Part shown: positions 12,820 through 26,360 of the stretch, in pieces | Layout of the letters: each line of letters starts with the position of its first letter | Position numbering within the stretch: position 1 is the first letter of the stretch | Assembly (NCBI GenBank): GCA_951406725.2 | Contig: OX597819.1 | Coordinates: 102,424,001 to 102,488,000, forward strand | Direction of reading: 5' to 3' | Length of the DNA stretch: 64,000 bases | Origin: Octopus vulgaris | Taxonomy: Eukaryota | Made by a program: the position numbers and the translations under genes | The notes under the pieces: model-generated | What the model saw: only the letters and a program-made list of their open reading frames with translations | Databases searched by the model: none | What the model was told of the DNA's origin: nothing

Positions 12820-13879
12820 TTCTTTAATAATTCTGCAACCGGTGAACGGTGATTTAGATATAATTGTATAATTGCGTTACATTCAGATTCAGTGAAATCA
12901 AAATTATATATACTCTGTCTACCAGACCTCAACGCCAAAAAATTTATTTATGAAATTAATTAACCCATTTAAACCAAGACAGACCTGCTCTATTTTCCAG
13001 TGGCTCTAATTTCATTCTTTATATTGAAACATCATTGAGTATTTTCGATATGTCGTTAAGTGGCTTGGAAGTATTGTTGATGATACCCCTCCACCAATAC
13101 GTCCCCGATCATGTAGGCTTCTGATACAATGGTTTCTAACCATGATCCGCCTGTCTTTTTAAGGCTATGAAAGACTACATTATTTAATGTATCCTTTTCC
13201 TCTTTTCAGGAAGTCGAATTCGATTTGAGAAAAAATTGTCTATTATTTTTAGCTTGTAATTTGGGGTTTGAAACTAAGGCAGTAAAACTTGTATATAACA
13301 GACAATAGAAGTCTACGTTTTATTAATTCTATATAGGACATATCCTCATAATCAATGTGTCTCAAAGGGAACTGTAAAGACTCTGTGGGGTAATTATAGA
13401 AAATTTAGGGGACGCTGAGTACTAGGGACTATTTTCTTTCTTAATCATTGAATCATAAAAAAAAATTATAATAACATTATTTCAATGGGGCGGGAAGTTA
13501 ATGATGTACAAGCTCGAAAAGAAGGGCACAAACATTAGGGAAACGCAATATCAGTGATATTATTGCTGAATAGAAGATTCAGGTGTTATAACCAAAGAAT
13601 TACCTTTCCAATCTTAGTTAAGACGCAAAATATTTTTATCTATCGAACTAACAATAACGCAACGTGATAACAAAAGACCTTCTATATCTTGGTCAATTTC
13701 TAAAAATCTTCCAGAAAGCGGTCAAATTTCTTTCATACCAGAATCCACCGGTTTATAGTTTTAACAGAATGATGATGCAGCCCTTGAGAAATTATGCAAG
13801 AGAAATGACGCTATGACCACGGATGGAATGCATTTGGTCATAGGATTGCACAATGGATGATGATCTGGGATCTAATCAA

Positions 13880-14057
13880 TCTTTTCTATTCTAGGCACAA
13901 GGGCCGAAATTTTGTGGGAGGGTACATAATTTATCGACCTCGAAAGGATGAAAGGCAAAGTCGACCTCGGCGGAATTTGAACTCAGAATGTAAAGACCGA
14001 CGAAATGCTGCTAAGCATTTTGTCCGGCGTGCTAATGTTTCTGCCAGCTCGCCGCCT
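13880..14057 (-). mobile_element. SINE family S2 (tail T2) with 19-bp target-site duplication
   Basis: Head AGGCGGCGAGCTGGCAGAAAC, B box GAGTTCAAATTCC; flanks TGATCTGGGATCTAATCAA (13861-13879) and TGATCTCGGATCTAAACAA (14058-14076). Confidence 0.85.
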
Positions 14058-15028
14058 TGATCTCGGATCTAAACAATAACAACTACACCAATCTTGTTTC
14101 GTTCATCTGGGGAGAAAAACACAGTCACCATATTTATCAAGAAAATATTATCACAAGTTATTTCCCCTTAAATATGAGCCTCGCTCTACAAGAGTAATCG
14201 CGATTACTTCAAATGCTCCTGAATAACATACACCGTATGAATAGCAAAGCTGCATCCTAATGACTAAGTTTCCTCTTCAGAGCCAGTAAATAACTTAACC
14301 CCTCACTAACACTCTAAAAGCAGAAATGAGCCACGCAACTTAGTTTTGTTACCATATGTTGTACGGTGATGCAGCTACGTTCAGAGTAATCTTAGACCGA
14401 TTTTAGGGGAAAAAATCACTTAAATTATTGACTTGAAATCATTCACAAACACATATACATTTTGCCCTTAAGTGTGCTATTCCATTTCGTTGCCTTTTAT
14501 ACTGCTATTACTCCGGCCATTCCTTCTCAAATTTGGTTAGTCTTCTGTCACCAGGCTCCACTCAGGCAGTTCTGACCCACTCGTACCTTTCTCCGCTTGT
14601 CACCCATGCTGTGCTCAAAATGTTCAGGCCTGACACTGTCCTGTATTTCTAGTCTTCCCCGAACAAATGCAGGCCTTCTTGGTTTCCATTCATTCAGTGA
14701 ATGCGTCTTTCTTGCAGTCGTTGGCTTGTAATTGTTTAAGCAGAAAATTAACAAAATCAAATTAACTGACTTCGGAAAGGGTGGGGAGGCAATGGATGGA
14801 AAGAACCTCGTGCTTAAGACTATACCAGCGCAAAAATATAAAACAAAGTGAACAAATCAAAGAAGATATAAAAAGAGAAGAGAAGAAGAGGAAAATAAAG
14901 AAACAAGAGAAAATAAGAAAAAAATTAAAGGATGGCGAACGAACAGTTAGTTGTGTGCAAGTAAAAAGGAAAGTGGAAGACAAAAGGTAATAACCAAAGG
15001 CGGGAGAAACAAAGTGAGCGAGTGAAAA

Positions 15029-15066
<38 letters not shown>

Positions 15067-15927
15067 TGAAGGACAGAGAGAGAAAGGAGAGTAAGGCGGG
15101 AGAAATAGATAGTAAAAATCCAGCAAAAAAAAAAAAAGAAAAAAAACAGGCGACGATATAAGAGCGTGACCCTATTATAGCATCATTGACCTTGTTTGTC
15201 CCGCAAATTACGCCTCGAGTAATCAAGCCTGGCTAGAAAACAGTCATTTCAGATTATCGATCGGTTTAGACTGGTGGAGGAAAGGTCTTAAAACTGTCCA
15301 GAATCTCCGACTAGAAATCACTGGTTGTCTCTGTAGACGACATGTTTTATGATTTCATGACTTACGGCCATTTTCCATATTCACTGACAACCTGTGGTTA
15401 TCTAAGTGATGGTCAATTTATTTAGTTTAGTTTAGTGTGTGTGTGTTTGTGTGTGTGTGTGCGTGCTTGCATATCTAGATGTGTATGTGCATGTGTGTGT
15501 GTGTGCTTTTATATCTAGATGTAGACGTGTGTGCGCATGTGTGTCTATGTGTGTGGGGTGGAGTTAAAGACTGGTGGAGGGTTGAAGTATTTGTTTAACA
15601 ATAGAAGATAACTGGTGACGTAGTGTTTTAGGTTTTATGCCAATCTGACTTTGTGAAAGATTTCTGTCGTTTTATAATTGTTGTTTAACCCTAGGTCAGC
15701 CCTTATGGAGTAGACTTATAATCAGAAGCCTACCAGTTGTAACAATCCTGTATTCTAAAACTATCTCTGTGTGTCTTTAATTTTCTTCCCACCAAAGTTA
15801 GAATCCATGTTAACTGCTGTGATTGCAAAGCTTCTTCTTCTGTTGAAGTGACACAAACAGAAGTATGTGCATATAAAATCGTCTTTTTGGCTATCTGTAT
15901 CTTCGTTTGTCTGCCTAGTTTTAATAT

Positions 15928-16525
<598 letters not shown>

Positions 16526-17290
16526 ATTACCATGCCTCCGCCTGTTTACATTTCTTAATTAGTTTTCCTTGTTACAGATACGCAATGATAATGTTAATGC
16601 CAATAATAAAAAGAAGAATAATTAGCAAGCTCACAGCAAGGACCCAACCCAGATTTTCAGCACGCAGGCGTACGAAATATTTTTTCCCATCAGTAGCTTC
16701 CAAAATTTCTCTGACCTCGCTTATCTTCCAATACATAAGGTAACGACATCTTTGATCTTTCTCCAGTATAGAAAACACCCCATTCCCAGAGAAACTGTTA
16801 GCTACTTCTGTATTTACTGACCCACCTCTCTCTCTCTTCGTCTCTCATTCTCACACTCTCTCTCTCTCTCTTCTCTCTCTCTCACTCTCTCTCTCTTCTC
16901 TCCTGCTCTCATTCTTTCTCTCTTCCTCTCTCTCTGCAATCTTCCGTTTTTGGAATATGAACTTTGATATTTTTTGTCACCTTTTTGTCAGTTTAAATTT
17001 AAGTTTCAAACACTGATACGCCTAAGTATTGTGTACGACATATATGGATGTCACGATAACCTATTTGAAAATCACTGCGCTATATGATAATTCGACCGGC
17101 TTGAAATGACAAACAGCTATCCCTAAAAACAACAACCAGTAAATAAATCAGTCATTGTGGATAATTAGGTTCTATTTCATGCCTGAAAAAAAAAAAAGCT
17201 GAAACAGTCATAAGAGGAACGTTTTTAATTATAGTTGTGTAGGATCAGGTGTGACACTGAGGTAAAAAAAAATTACCAACGACATAGAAG

Positions 17291-17410
17291 CAGGCGTAGC
17301 TGTGTGGTAAGAAGCTTCCTTCTAAACATTATAGTTCAGGGCTCAGTCCCACTGAGTGGTACCTTGGGCAACTGTCTTCTCCTATAGCGTCGAACCGACC
17401 AAAGCCTTGT
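17291..17410 (+). mobile_element. 5' part of SINE family S1
   Basis: CAGGCGTAGCTGTGTGGTAAGAAGCTT...ACCTTGGGCAACTGTCTTCT...GACCAAAGCCTTGT matches 4341-4463. Confidence 0.7.
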
Positions 17411-17419
17411 TCAAAACCC

Positions 17420-18190
17420 TGCAACTCCGAACCAGTGCCCACTGCTGGATGCAGTTACAGGTATCTAGGTGTGGAGCAAAACATATCTTACAATAGCACC
17501 TGTAACAAAGCACCTGCCACTAAAGAATATTACATCCGAATAAAGAAAATTTGGATCTCAGAACACTCTGTATTCAATAAATCAGTGGCCTACAATGTGT
17601 ATGCAGTACCAGTACTCATACCAGACTTTGGGATGCTTAATCTGTCGCTTGATGAGGTCCTTGATGTGAAAACCCGAAATATACTAAAAAAACAAACATA
17701 ATTTCCACATAAACAGTGACGTAGACCTCATCTACCTAAAACTTAAACAAGGTGTGAGAGGCTCAATATCGATCCAAAACGCCTTGGAATGTCGCATCAA
17801 TTCCCTTCGGCAACCTCTTTTAACCACCAAGTGTCGACGTCTATTCCTTGACCAAGTTTGCATACATGAGGCTGACAACATCATAAGACATCGAAGGCAG
17901 CTCTTTAAGCAACAGTCTTTGTCTGTTAACCTAGAATACATGCCCAAAGAAGTCGCACGACTTACCGCAACATACCATCAGATGAAAGAATGAGTTTATA
18001 TGAGCAGAAGCTCCGAGATGATAGTAAAATTGATCATCAAAGCGGTCTATCATGGACGAATAGCCGGATTATTACCTCCCACTTTGAAGGGTCTCGTTTG
18101 CAATCCAGAAACAATCTTGAGAAATTAGGTTTCTCAAATCCAGGATGGAGAAAGCTAATTCGAAGACTACACATCCAATCCATCATTTAC
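17420..18190 (+). mobile_element. Internally deleted R4/Dong-like LINE (family D): RT domain 7/thumb fused to C-terminus
   Basis: SYRYLGV...KEYYIRIKKIW...YNVYAVPVL...DVKTRNIL, SDVDLIYLKLKQGVRG; jumps at ~18110 to NNLEKLGFSNPGWRKLIRRLHIQSI, which closely matches 38290-38375. Frameshifts and stops. Confidence 0.8.
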
Positions 18191-18740
18191 TCAAGTTTAA
18201 AAAATGATATTCATTTTGTTATCTAAATTCTAATAAAATTTGTTAGAAAATTTTCAAAGAATTCTTCTTCAAAGACAGAATTCAAATAATTATAAAATAG
18301 CGAAAGAAACGTACATACAGAGTGCTTGATAGTTATATATGGCACGGGAGTCTATTCACTGAGTATACGATAAATAATTACTTTAAAACACGTGCCTCAA
18401 TGACTAGCCTTGTTAAATAAGTCTTCACTTCTAAGATCATGTTCACGGAAATAAATTTGGATGCCTTGTCCAAAGTGGTAGGAAAGAAGATCTGTAGCGT
18501 ACTCATTCGCTAATTATAGTTCATGAATCTTGGTTCGAGGCTTTTTACTTTTGTACCAATTATCACTAGTGATTTAGGAAAAAGTCATACATAAGTGTTG
18601 GAAATTTTGGGTATTTTACGAACAAATCAACCGACTTTGATCCTCTAAATCTAATTAATTAATATTGCATTAAAGGTTTGCAAACTATTTAAAAAATACT
18701 CTCTTTTTGAGATTTCTAGAATAGAGGTATTCACACTATA

Positions 18741-18911
18741 TTACTCTTTTACTTGTTTCAGTCATTTGACTGCAGCCAGGCTAGAGCACCGCTTTCAGTC
18801 GAGTAAATCGACCCCAGGACTTATTCTTTGTAAGCCTAGTACTTATTCTATCGTTAAGTTACGGGGACGTAAGCACACCAGCGTCCGTTGTCAAGCGTTG
18901 CTGGGAGGGAC

Positions 18912-18984
<73 letters not shown>

Positions 18985-19150
18985 TACGACGGGCTTCTTT
19001 CAATTTCCGTCTACCAAACCCACTCACAAGTCTTTGGTCGGCTCGAGGCTATAGTAGAAGACACTTGTCCAAGGTGCCAAGTAGTGGGACTGAACCCGGA
19101 ACCATGTGGTTGGTAAGCAAGCTACTTACCACACAGGCACTCCTACGCCT
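18741..19150 (-). mobile_element. Near full-length SINE family S1
   Basis: Reverse complement of 4341-4746 including internal CA/TA tract. Confidence 0.85.
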
Positions 19151-19543
19151 ATATATATATAGATATTCACAAAGAGTCACAAGCGCATGCACAAATGCAA
19201 GCACATAGAGTAAACATTAATACCTACACTTAGGTATTAAATATCAAGCACACCTGCGCACAAAATCGAGATTAAATAGAATGATAGAACAAGATTCGAA
19301 GAATATGGCATTCATTTAACGCTCTATAAGGGGAGAGTGCCAACACAAATTTATGAGTGCATTTGTGTTCGTGAGTGTGTGACTGAGCTTGTATATATAT
19401 ATATATGTACGCATATATAAGTACATGTACATATATTTATATACATGTGTGTATATATGCATAAATATATATATATGTACATATATGTCTATACACACAC
19501 ACAAAAACACTCACTCACTCACACACTCATACACACACAGACA

Positions 19544-19604
<61 letters not shown>

Positions 19605-19726
19605 AACACATGCATACACATATATATGCACATGTGTTCCGTACAGAATATACAAATACTTTAAAACTCGTATTTGTTCACTTACAGATTATACACGCGT
19701 TAGACCCACTATACTTCTATGCATAC

Positions 19727-19757
<31 letters not shown>

Positions 19758-20589
19758 TTTACATACATACACACATACATGCATACATACATATATATAC
19801 ATATATATCTATAAATACATATATATATATGTATATAAATGTATGCATATATATGTATGTATATATGCACTTAAATATAGATTCGTACATACTTATAAAC
19901 TTACTTTGACGCATGCGTAACTACATAATTTAAGACATACATACGCATATGCATATATTCACACAAACTAGTAGAATGGAGGGAAGCATGATGCCAAGGG
20001 AAAAAATAATAACTAAGAAATCCAAGAAGTACAATAAGAATAGATTTATAAGAACTAGTGTGCGATGGTGATGGTGTTGGTGTTGATGGTGACAGAGTTG
20101 TGTGTGTGTGTGTGTGTGTGTCTGCGTGCATATGTGTTATTCAGGTAGGGAAGAACATTAGCAAAGAATTAATTCTGCAAACGTCTTTGAAATAATGTCT
20201 ACGATTAACAAAGATACAAATGTGTGAATTTGTTTCGTATATAATCAAAGTAAAAACTAAAAATATAAAATGATAGCAATAGACAATACAGTGGTAGCGG
20301 TGGAAGTAGCGGGGGGGGCGAATTTGATGTAATTATCACGCCATACAAGATTGAAATGCGTCAATGACGACAAAATAGTAGGAGTAAGAGTTGTGTTTTA
20401 GTTAAAGTAGGTTGAAAATAAGGTAGAGGAGCGTTCGAAATGTTGATTTGAATTCATTATCATACGCGACAGTCATTAATGTTTCACTTTAAATATCTTC
20501 ACATTTCCAGCTATCTAACGTATCTCAACCTCGTGCTCTCTTTCTAGTCATACAAAAAATACATAGATAAAAATGCATACATACATGCA

Positions 20590-20631
<42 letters not shown>

Positions 20632-20637
20632 CATGCA

Positions 20638-20696
<59 letters not shown>

Positions 20697-20943
20697 GTAT
20701 GTGTATATGTATATAAGTATGTATGCGCGTTGGTATATATATGTATTTATCTCTCTTTCCCCCTCTCTCTATATATACATATGATAGGTATATATATAGT
20801 TAAATATGGTCATCTAAGCACCTACGTGTGATGTGTGTTTGTATATGCGAGTGCGCATAATCTTGATTGTTTGTACAATACATACAAATATAGATATATA
20901 GACATATATATGTAAGTATATATACGTGAATATATATACACAT

Positions 20944-20984
<41 letters not shown>

Positions 20985-21175
20985 CGTATGTATATGGTAA
21001 TACATACATCTATATGTATATACATATATATGTATATCTATATCTACTTGTCTTTATATTTATATATATATGTATATATCTATATATGAATGTATTCATA
21101 TATATATATATATACATATATATATATGTATATATATATACATATATATATACATATATATATACATATATATAT

Positions 21176-21211
<36 letters not shown>

Positions 21212-21804
21212 TGTGTGTGTTGTGTGTGTGTTTGTACTGAACTTGAATCAATTGTAGACCAGTTGAAAGTTTGTCTTAACTTTGTGAAATTTGTTGCGGC
21301 GGAATTGCTATTGTAAATGCAGGTGAAATTGCAGCATCAACACTTCCTGTCCACTTATACTGAATATACAGCAGTGCCTCACAAAACAACATCCGCATAT
21401 GTTATAGTAAGACCTCGAATGTACTCCATGTAACTAAATGCGAGCATATTATAAAAAAAATACTGGTAATTAAACATGTAGTGTGAGATAAAAAAAAGAT
21501 ATCCACCTCTGTCTCAGTATATTCGGAAGCTGAATGAGATGAAAGATCATATTTATTTTATTTTTATTTTATCTAGTTTCAGCCCACGAGCTATGGCCAT
21601 GCTGGGGCACCGCCATTCATAATTATTTGATTGGTTGTAGTGATTCAAGAGGGAAACCTTCATTATTTTATATCGTTATATTCTTCAATGTGAGAAATAT
21701 AACAATATTTTTATTCAACTTAAGAAAAGGTTGCATACACGCAAACACACACACATACACAAACATATACACACATGCATACACATAAGTATATATCCAC
21801 ATCT

Positions 21805-21837
<33 letters not shown>

Positions 21838-22195
21838 GTCGTATGTACATATATACATGATTGAAAACCTACAGATGAGAGGAGATTTATTCAAGCCCAA
21901 AACTTTTTTATTAAAAAGTTTTCGACAGAATATATAACAAACATATTCATATAGTGTGAGTCTAGAGGGGTATGCAACAGGCCGTATTATGTGTTGTGGT
22001 ACCATGTATAGGTTCTAACAACCATAAAATTAATACCAAATTATAAAATACAAAGAAATAAATTTTGAGGCTGAAGAAGTCTCCATATTTAAAATTACAT
22101 ATTTCATAATTATTAGCAATATATATGTGTGTGTATACGTATATATGAGTAGATATAGATACATACATACATACATACATATATATATATATATA

Positions 22196-22506
22196 GTGTC
22201 TTCTACCATAGCCTCTGGCTGACCAAAGCCTTGTGAGCGGATTTGGTAGATGGAAACTGAAAGAAGCCTGTCGTATATATGTATATATATGTTTGTGTGT
22301 GTGTTTGTCACCCCAACATCGCCTGACAACCGATGCCGGTGTGTTTACGTCCCCGTAACTTAGCGGCTCGGCAAAAGGGACCAATAGAATAAGTACTAGG
22401 CTTACAAAGAATAAGTCCTGGGGTCGATTTGCTCGATTAAAGGCGGTGCTCCAGCATGCCTACAGTCACATGACTGAAACAAGTAAAAAAGTAAAAAGAG
22501 TAAAAG

Positions 22507-22507
<1 letters not shown>
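22196..22507 (+). mobile_element. 5'-truncated SINE family S1
   Basis: Matches 4426-4746. Confidence 0.85.
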
Positions 22508-22550
<43 letters not shown>

Positions 22551-22554
<4 letters not shown>

Positions 22555-23362
22555 ATCATCCAATAATAATTTGTTTTTTTAATGCTTCTTTTAAGTTTCA
22601 AGATAAAGATAGATTCCTTTTTCATAATTTTATATATACTCTCCTTTATTTTCTACAATGCTCTTCCATCTATCTGATATACTTACACAGCTTTCCGAGT
22701 TTAATCGTGCGCAGAGAGTGAATGTGTGTTCTTCTTTGCAGTAAAGTCTCACGAACGAACCTTTATTGGGCCGAACGGTGACTGGTGGCGAGAAATGGGT
22801 TCTTTATGAAAATGTCAATCGCTGAAGACATTGGGTACGGAAAAAAGTAACACCGGCAGCCCAGAGTAAAGAATGTCTTCACCCACGTAAGGTGTTATCA
22901 TCTCTGGTGGGATATGAAATGTTTAGTCCATTTTGAACTTCTAAACCCAAACCAAACGATAAAAAAAATCTACTGCAAATAGCTTGAGCAGCTTAAGTCA
23001 ACGCTAAAAGAAAAACGCCCATCTTTGGTTTCATGTCGAAAGGTGTTCTCCATAAGCCTGGAGCAGTTTGAATGAGAAGCGATGTCCCACCCACCATATT
23101 CGCCGGACCTTGCTCCGTCTAATTATAATTTATTCCACAGTCTTCAAAATCATTTGAACGGAAAAAATACATACTCTTTAGACGAGGTATTTTTCGTCAC
23201 GGACAAGTAAATTTTGTAAGAGGGGCCTTGCAAGTCTATCAGATAGACGGATGAGCATTGTAGAAAATGAAGGAGCGTATATTTTAGATTAAAAGAACTT
23301 TATCTTAATCTTGAAAAATAAAAGAATTATAAAAAATCCACATTATTTATGGGATGACTCAA
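22551..23362 (+). mobile_element. Defective mariner with 5' end replaced by an inverted copy of its 3' end
   Basis: Remnant 22691-23292: VTGGEKWVLYEN, LHPRKV, WWDMKCLVHFELL, KEKRPSL, HPPYSPDLAPSN; 22551-22685 is the reverse complement of 23231-23362; TA at both ends. Confidence 0.85.
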
Positions 23363-23632
23363 TACATCCAAAACATCTACATACATTAACATACACTCAC
23401 ACACATATGCTTACATATCTATCTATCAATATATGTACGTGTTTTGTGTGTGTAAGTATATACATTCTTTGAACTTCGTAATAGCTAAAGAAGTAAAAAA
23501 TGAAACGCGAGCTCAACACATAATTTTCTTTATAATTCCTTAATTTCAGATTAAAATGTCTAATCCCGCCAAATGTTATGATCGTAGGAATACATCTCTT
23601 TCAATTACGGCAAATATGGACAGAAATAAGTG

Positions 23633-23790
23633 TTATACCTACATACCTACCTACCTACCTACCTACCTACATACCTACCTACCTATATACATACATACAT
23701 ACATACATACATACATTCATACATACATACATACATACATACATACATACATACGTACATACATACATACATACGTACATACATACATGT
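23633..23790. repeat. (CCTA)n/(CATA)n compound microsatellite
   Basis: Direct reading. Confidence 0.9.
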
Positions 23791-24670
23791 ATATATGCTT
23801 CTATGTACTATTCGATTTCAAGTGTTACCAAAATTAAAGAATATACTTCGCTCATGTGGTTTAATAAGGTCGAAACACGCGTGTTACTTTTACCAGTTGC
23901 CTATAAAGTCATTAACTTTATTTTCTATCATTTCAGTTGTCTGATATCAGTGGAGTTATCTCGTTTACATGTTTTGTTTTTAGTATTTTCAACACCATTA
24001 AATTGTGCTTTTGTGCACCAGCTGCATGGATAATATCATGTAATTGAAAGTTTTTAACATACAGATCTGCAGATAAAGCTGTACTGCTAGACGAAGTAAA
24101 TAAGTGCCTTTTCGAATAAACGTATGTCCTGATAGTCTAATACCATAAGCTTGGGCAGTCATTCTGTAAAGGAGAAGGAGCTGAGTGAGTGAGACAATTT
24201 ATGAGCCGGGTGAGGAGTGATAGTCTATCGTTGCACTGAAGATTTTATACTACGTTTTGATTATGTAATTTGTATTATTAGTATTATGTAACTAAGAACC
24301 GCTCATGTGTCATTTTGTTTCAAAAGATACAGGTTTCAATTCGCGAACAGAAATACACAGGAAATTCTAAATATCCCCATGAACTTATTATTTAGCAACA
24401 TATTTTTACAGGAAAAAAATAGAGGAAAATGCATTAAAAGTAAAAAAGATGGTATAACCGAGAAAAATAAAGATAAGTAGAACTACCGCGCGAAGGAAAC
24501 AAAGAAAGCGGAAAAGGGGTGGAATTAAGCAGCAGAAGAGAGGGAAAAACAGCTTCTGCAACCCAGACTAAATGGCGTGATCAGTTGCGCCTCGCAGAAA
24601 TAATTGCAAAAGCGTAGTCGCAGAGAATGGCCAGCGACACTAGCTTCAAGAAACTCAACACCCCGTGGGC

Positions 24671-24906
24671 TCAATTCAGACTCCTGCATGCGTTTATTTT
24701 TCTTTCCTCTGCTTCACTGGCTGCCATACCTGGGTTTGCAGCCGAGGCAGCAAGGTTAGTGCCTGAGCAGCACACCCCGCAACCCAGATTAGGGATTTAT
24801 CTCCTTAGTATGGGAGGAGGATTATTCTGTCGGGGCGCTTACCATCCCTGCAGTCAAGACCTACCGGCTCTATTTCTGACAAGATACCAGCCGAGTCGAG
24901 GATCTT
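24671..24906 (-). mobile_element. CRE-clade-like non-LTR retrotransposon endonuclease fragment
   Basis: Minus strand KILDSAGILSEIEPVGLDCRDGKRPDRIILLPY*GDKSLIW, then after a frameshift NLAASAANPGMAASEAEERK; fits the EPxGLxxxDGKRPD...LxWD...GxAAxxAExxK pattern of CRE-type RLE domains. Confidence 0.7.
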
Positions 24907-25327
24907 ATAGTTATTGAATTTCATAAAATTATAAATAGATTAAAGGTTCTATCATGCTGTGAAAAACCCCGAGAATATTTCTCTATCGGCAGAATGAACA
25001 GAATAAAAATATTGGAGTGAATCCTTCACAAACTTTAGCCACTACCCAGCTAAACAGCAGCGACAAAAGACCTTGTTATATGTCCGGAAAATGGCTGTCA
25101 TAGCACCTGATAATTCAATGCAAATCATGCTTATCGCCCTTTGAAATATTTATTTATTTATTCGTTCAGCCATGCGGCAACGGTCATGCTGGAGCACCTA
25201 ACCAAGCGAAAATGTACTATAAAGACTGGCATGGGAGTTCAAAATATAATAATTATCGTTGTTGATATACTAATTCTTACGATGCCAGCTTATCCCCTAT
25301 TTTCATTTAAGGGAGGGTAATCTCTTA

Positions 25328-25601
25328 TACATTATTTACATTCTCCTCTTCTTTTCTGTTGTTAACACAACGTTTCAGCTGATATGCCCTCCAGCCTTCT
25401 TCAGGTGTCTTGGGGAAATTTCGAACCTGGGTTCTCATTCCTAAGGTATTTCCGATGTTATTATTATTATTATTATTATTGTCGTTGTTGTAGTCGTTGT
25501 TGTTGTCACTGTTCAGGTCACTGCTTGGAATCGAACTCGGAAACTTGGGGTTAGTAGCCCGCACTCTTAGCCATTACGCCATATGCCCGTGGGTATATGG
25601 C
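25328..25601 (-). mobile_element. tRNA-headed SINE carrying a hammerhead motif, TSD-flanked
   Basis: Head 25588->25513 (A box TGGCGTAATGG, B box GAGTTCGATTCC), AAC/AAT tract, body, HHR at 25409->25364; AATCTCTTA at 25319-25327 and 25602-25610. Confidence 0.8.
25364..25409 (-). ncRNA. Minimal type I hammerhead ribozyme motif
   Basis: GACAC-CTGAAGA-A-GGCTG-GAGGGCATAT-CAGCT-GAAA-CG-TT-GTGTT: stem I GACAC/GTGTT, stem II GGCTG/CAGCT, palindromic ACGT in place of stem III. Confidence 0.7.
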
Positions 25602-26079
25602 AATCTCTTAAATGAAAGGTAATCTCTTAAATGAAAATTGAAAGCACACACATGGCCTCACCCCTCACATATGAACACTGATTTACATGAACACTGATTT
25701 ACAGACACATGTTGATGTGACAAGCGTTCAGGTTGCACTTATTGCGGCTTCTTGATCGTGATAAACCCATTAAAGGCGAAACATCGAAGTATTAGTCAGG
25801 TAAATATTATCAGCAAATATTACTTTATTAAATATATAATCTCACCATCAGAAAATGCTTCTTTTTATTTATGGCGTGTTCATCATTTACTACAGATACA
25901 AAAATATACGCACATACACGCACAGACCTAAACACAAATACAAATACACATAATCTCATATTCGCCTGGAAATTTTGTATCAATAAATATTTATAGTGAC
26001 GGTTCAACATTTTCACACAAACACGGATAAACATAGACTTATAATTTACGTTTACCTACATGCACAGGTATATGGAGAT

Positions 26080-26136
<57 letters not shown>

Positions 26137-26240
26137 TGTGTGTGGATAAATATATGCAGCTATAAATATATATATATGTATGTATATGCATATATGTAAG
26201 TATACATATATATGCTGTATATACATATATGTATATATAC

Positions 26241-26278
<38 letters not shown>

Positions 26279-26281
26279 ACA

Positions 26282-26360
26282 CGAGGGGTGCTGAAATGTT
26301 CCTGGCTTTGGATAAAACAACATACAGGAGGATCAGTTAATTATGACTACTCAACAAATT
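26282..26360 (+). mobile_element. Truncated mariner-type MITE (left end)
   Basis: CGAGGGGTGCTGAAATGTTCCTGGCTTTGG...GGAGGATCAG matches 27174-27228. Confidence 0.6.

Noticed and set aside
14781-15150. Lys/Glu/Arg-rich ORF and hydrophobic antisense ORF
   Set aside because: Purine-rich low-complexity tract with (GA)n.
25513-25588. Functional tRNA gene (also 9385, 27843, 42220)
   Set aside because: Acceptor and anticodon stems do not pair fully, and each runs into a SINE body.
25671-25702. Short tandem duplications (also 58792-58821, 62931-62970, 20577-20690)
   Set aside because: Ordinary slippage or repair duplications.
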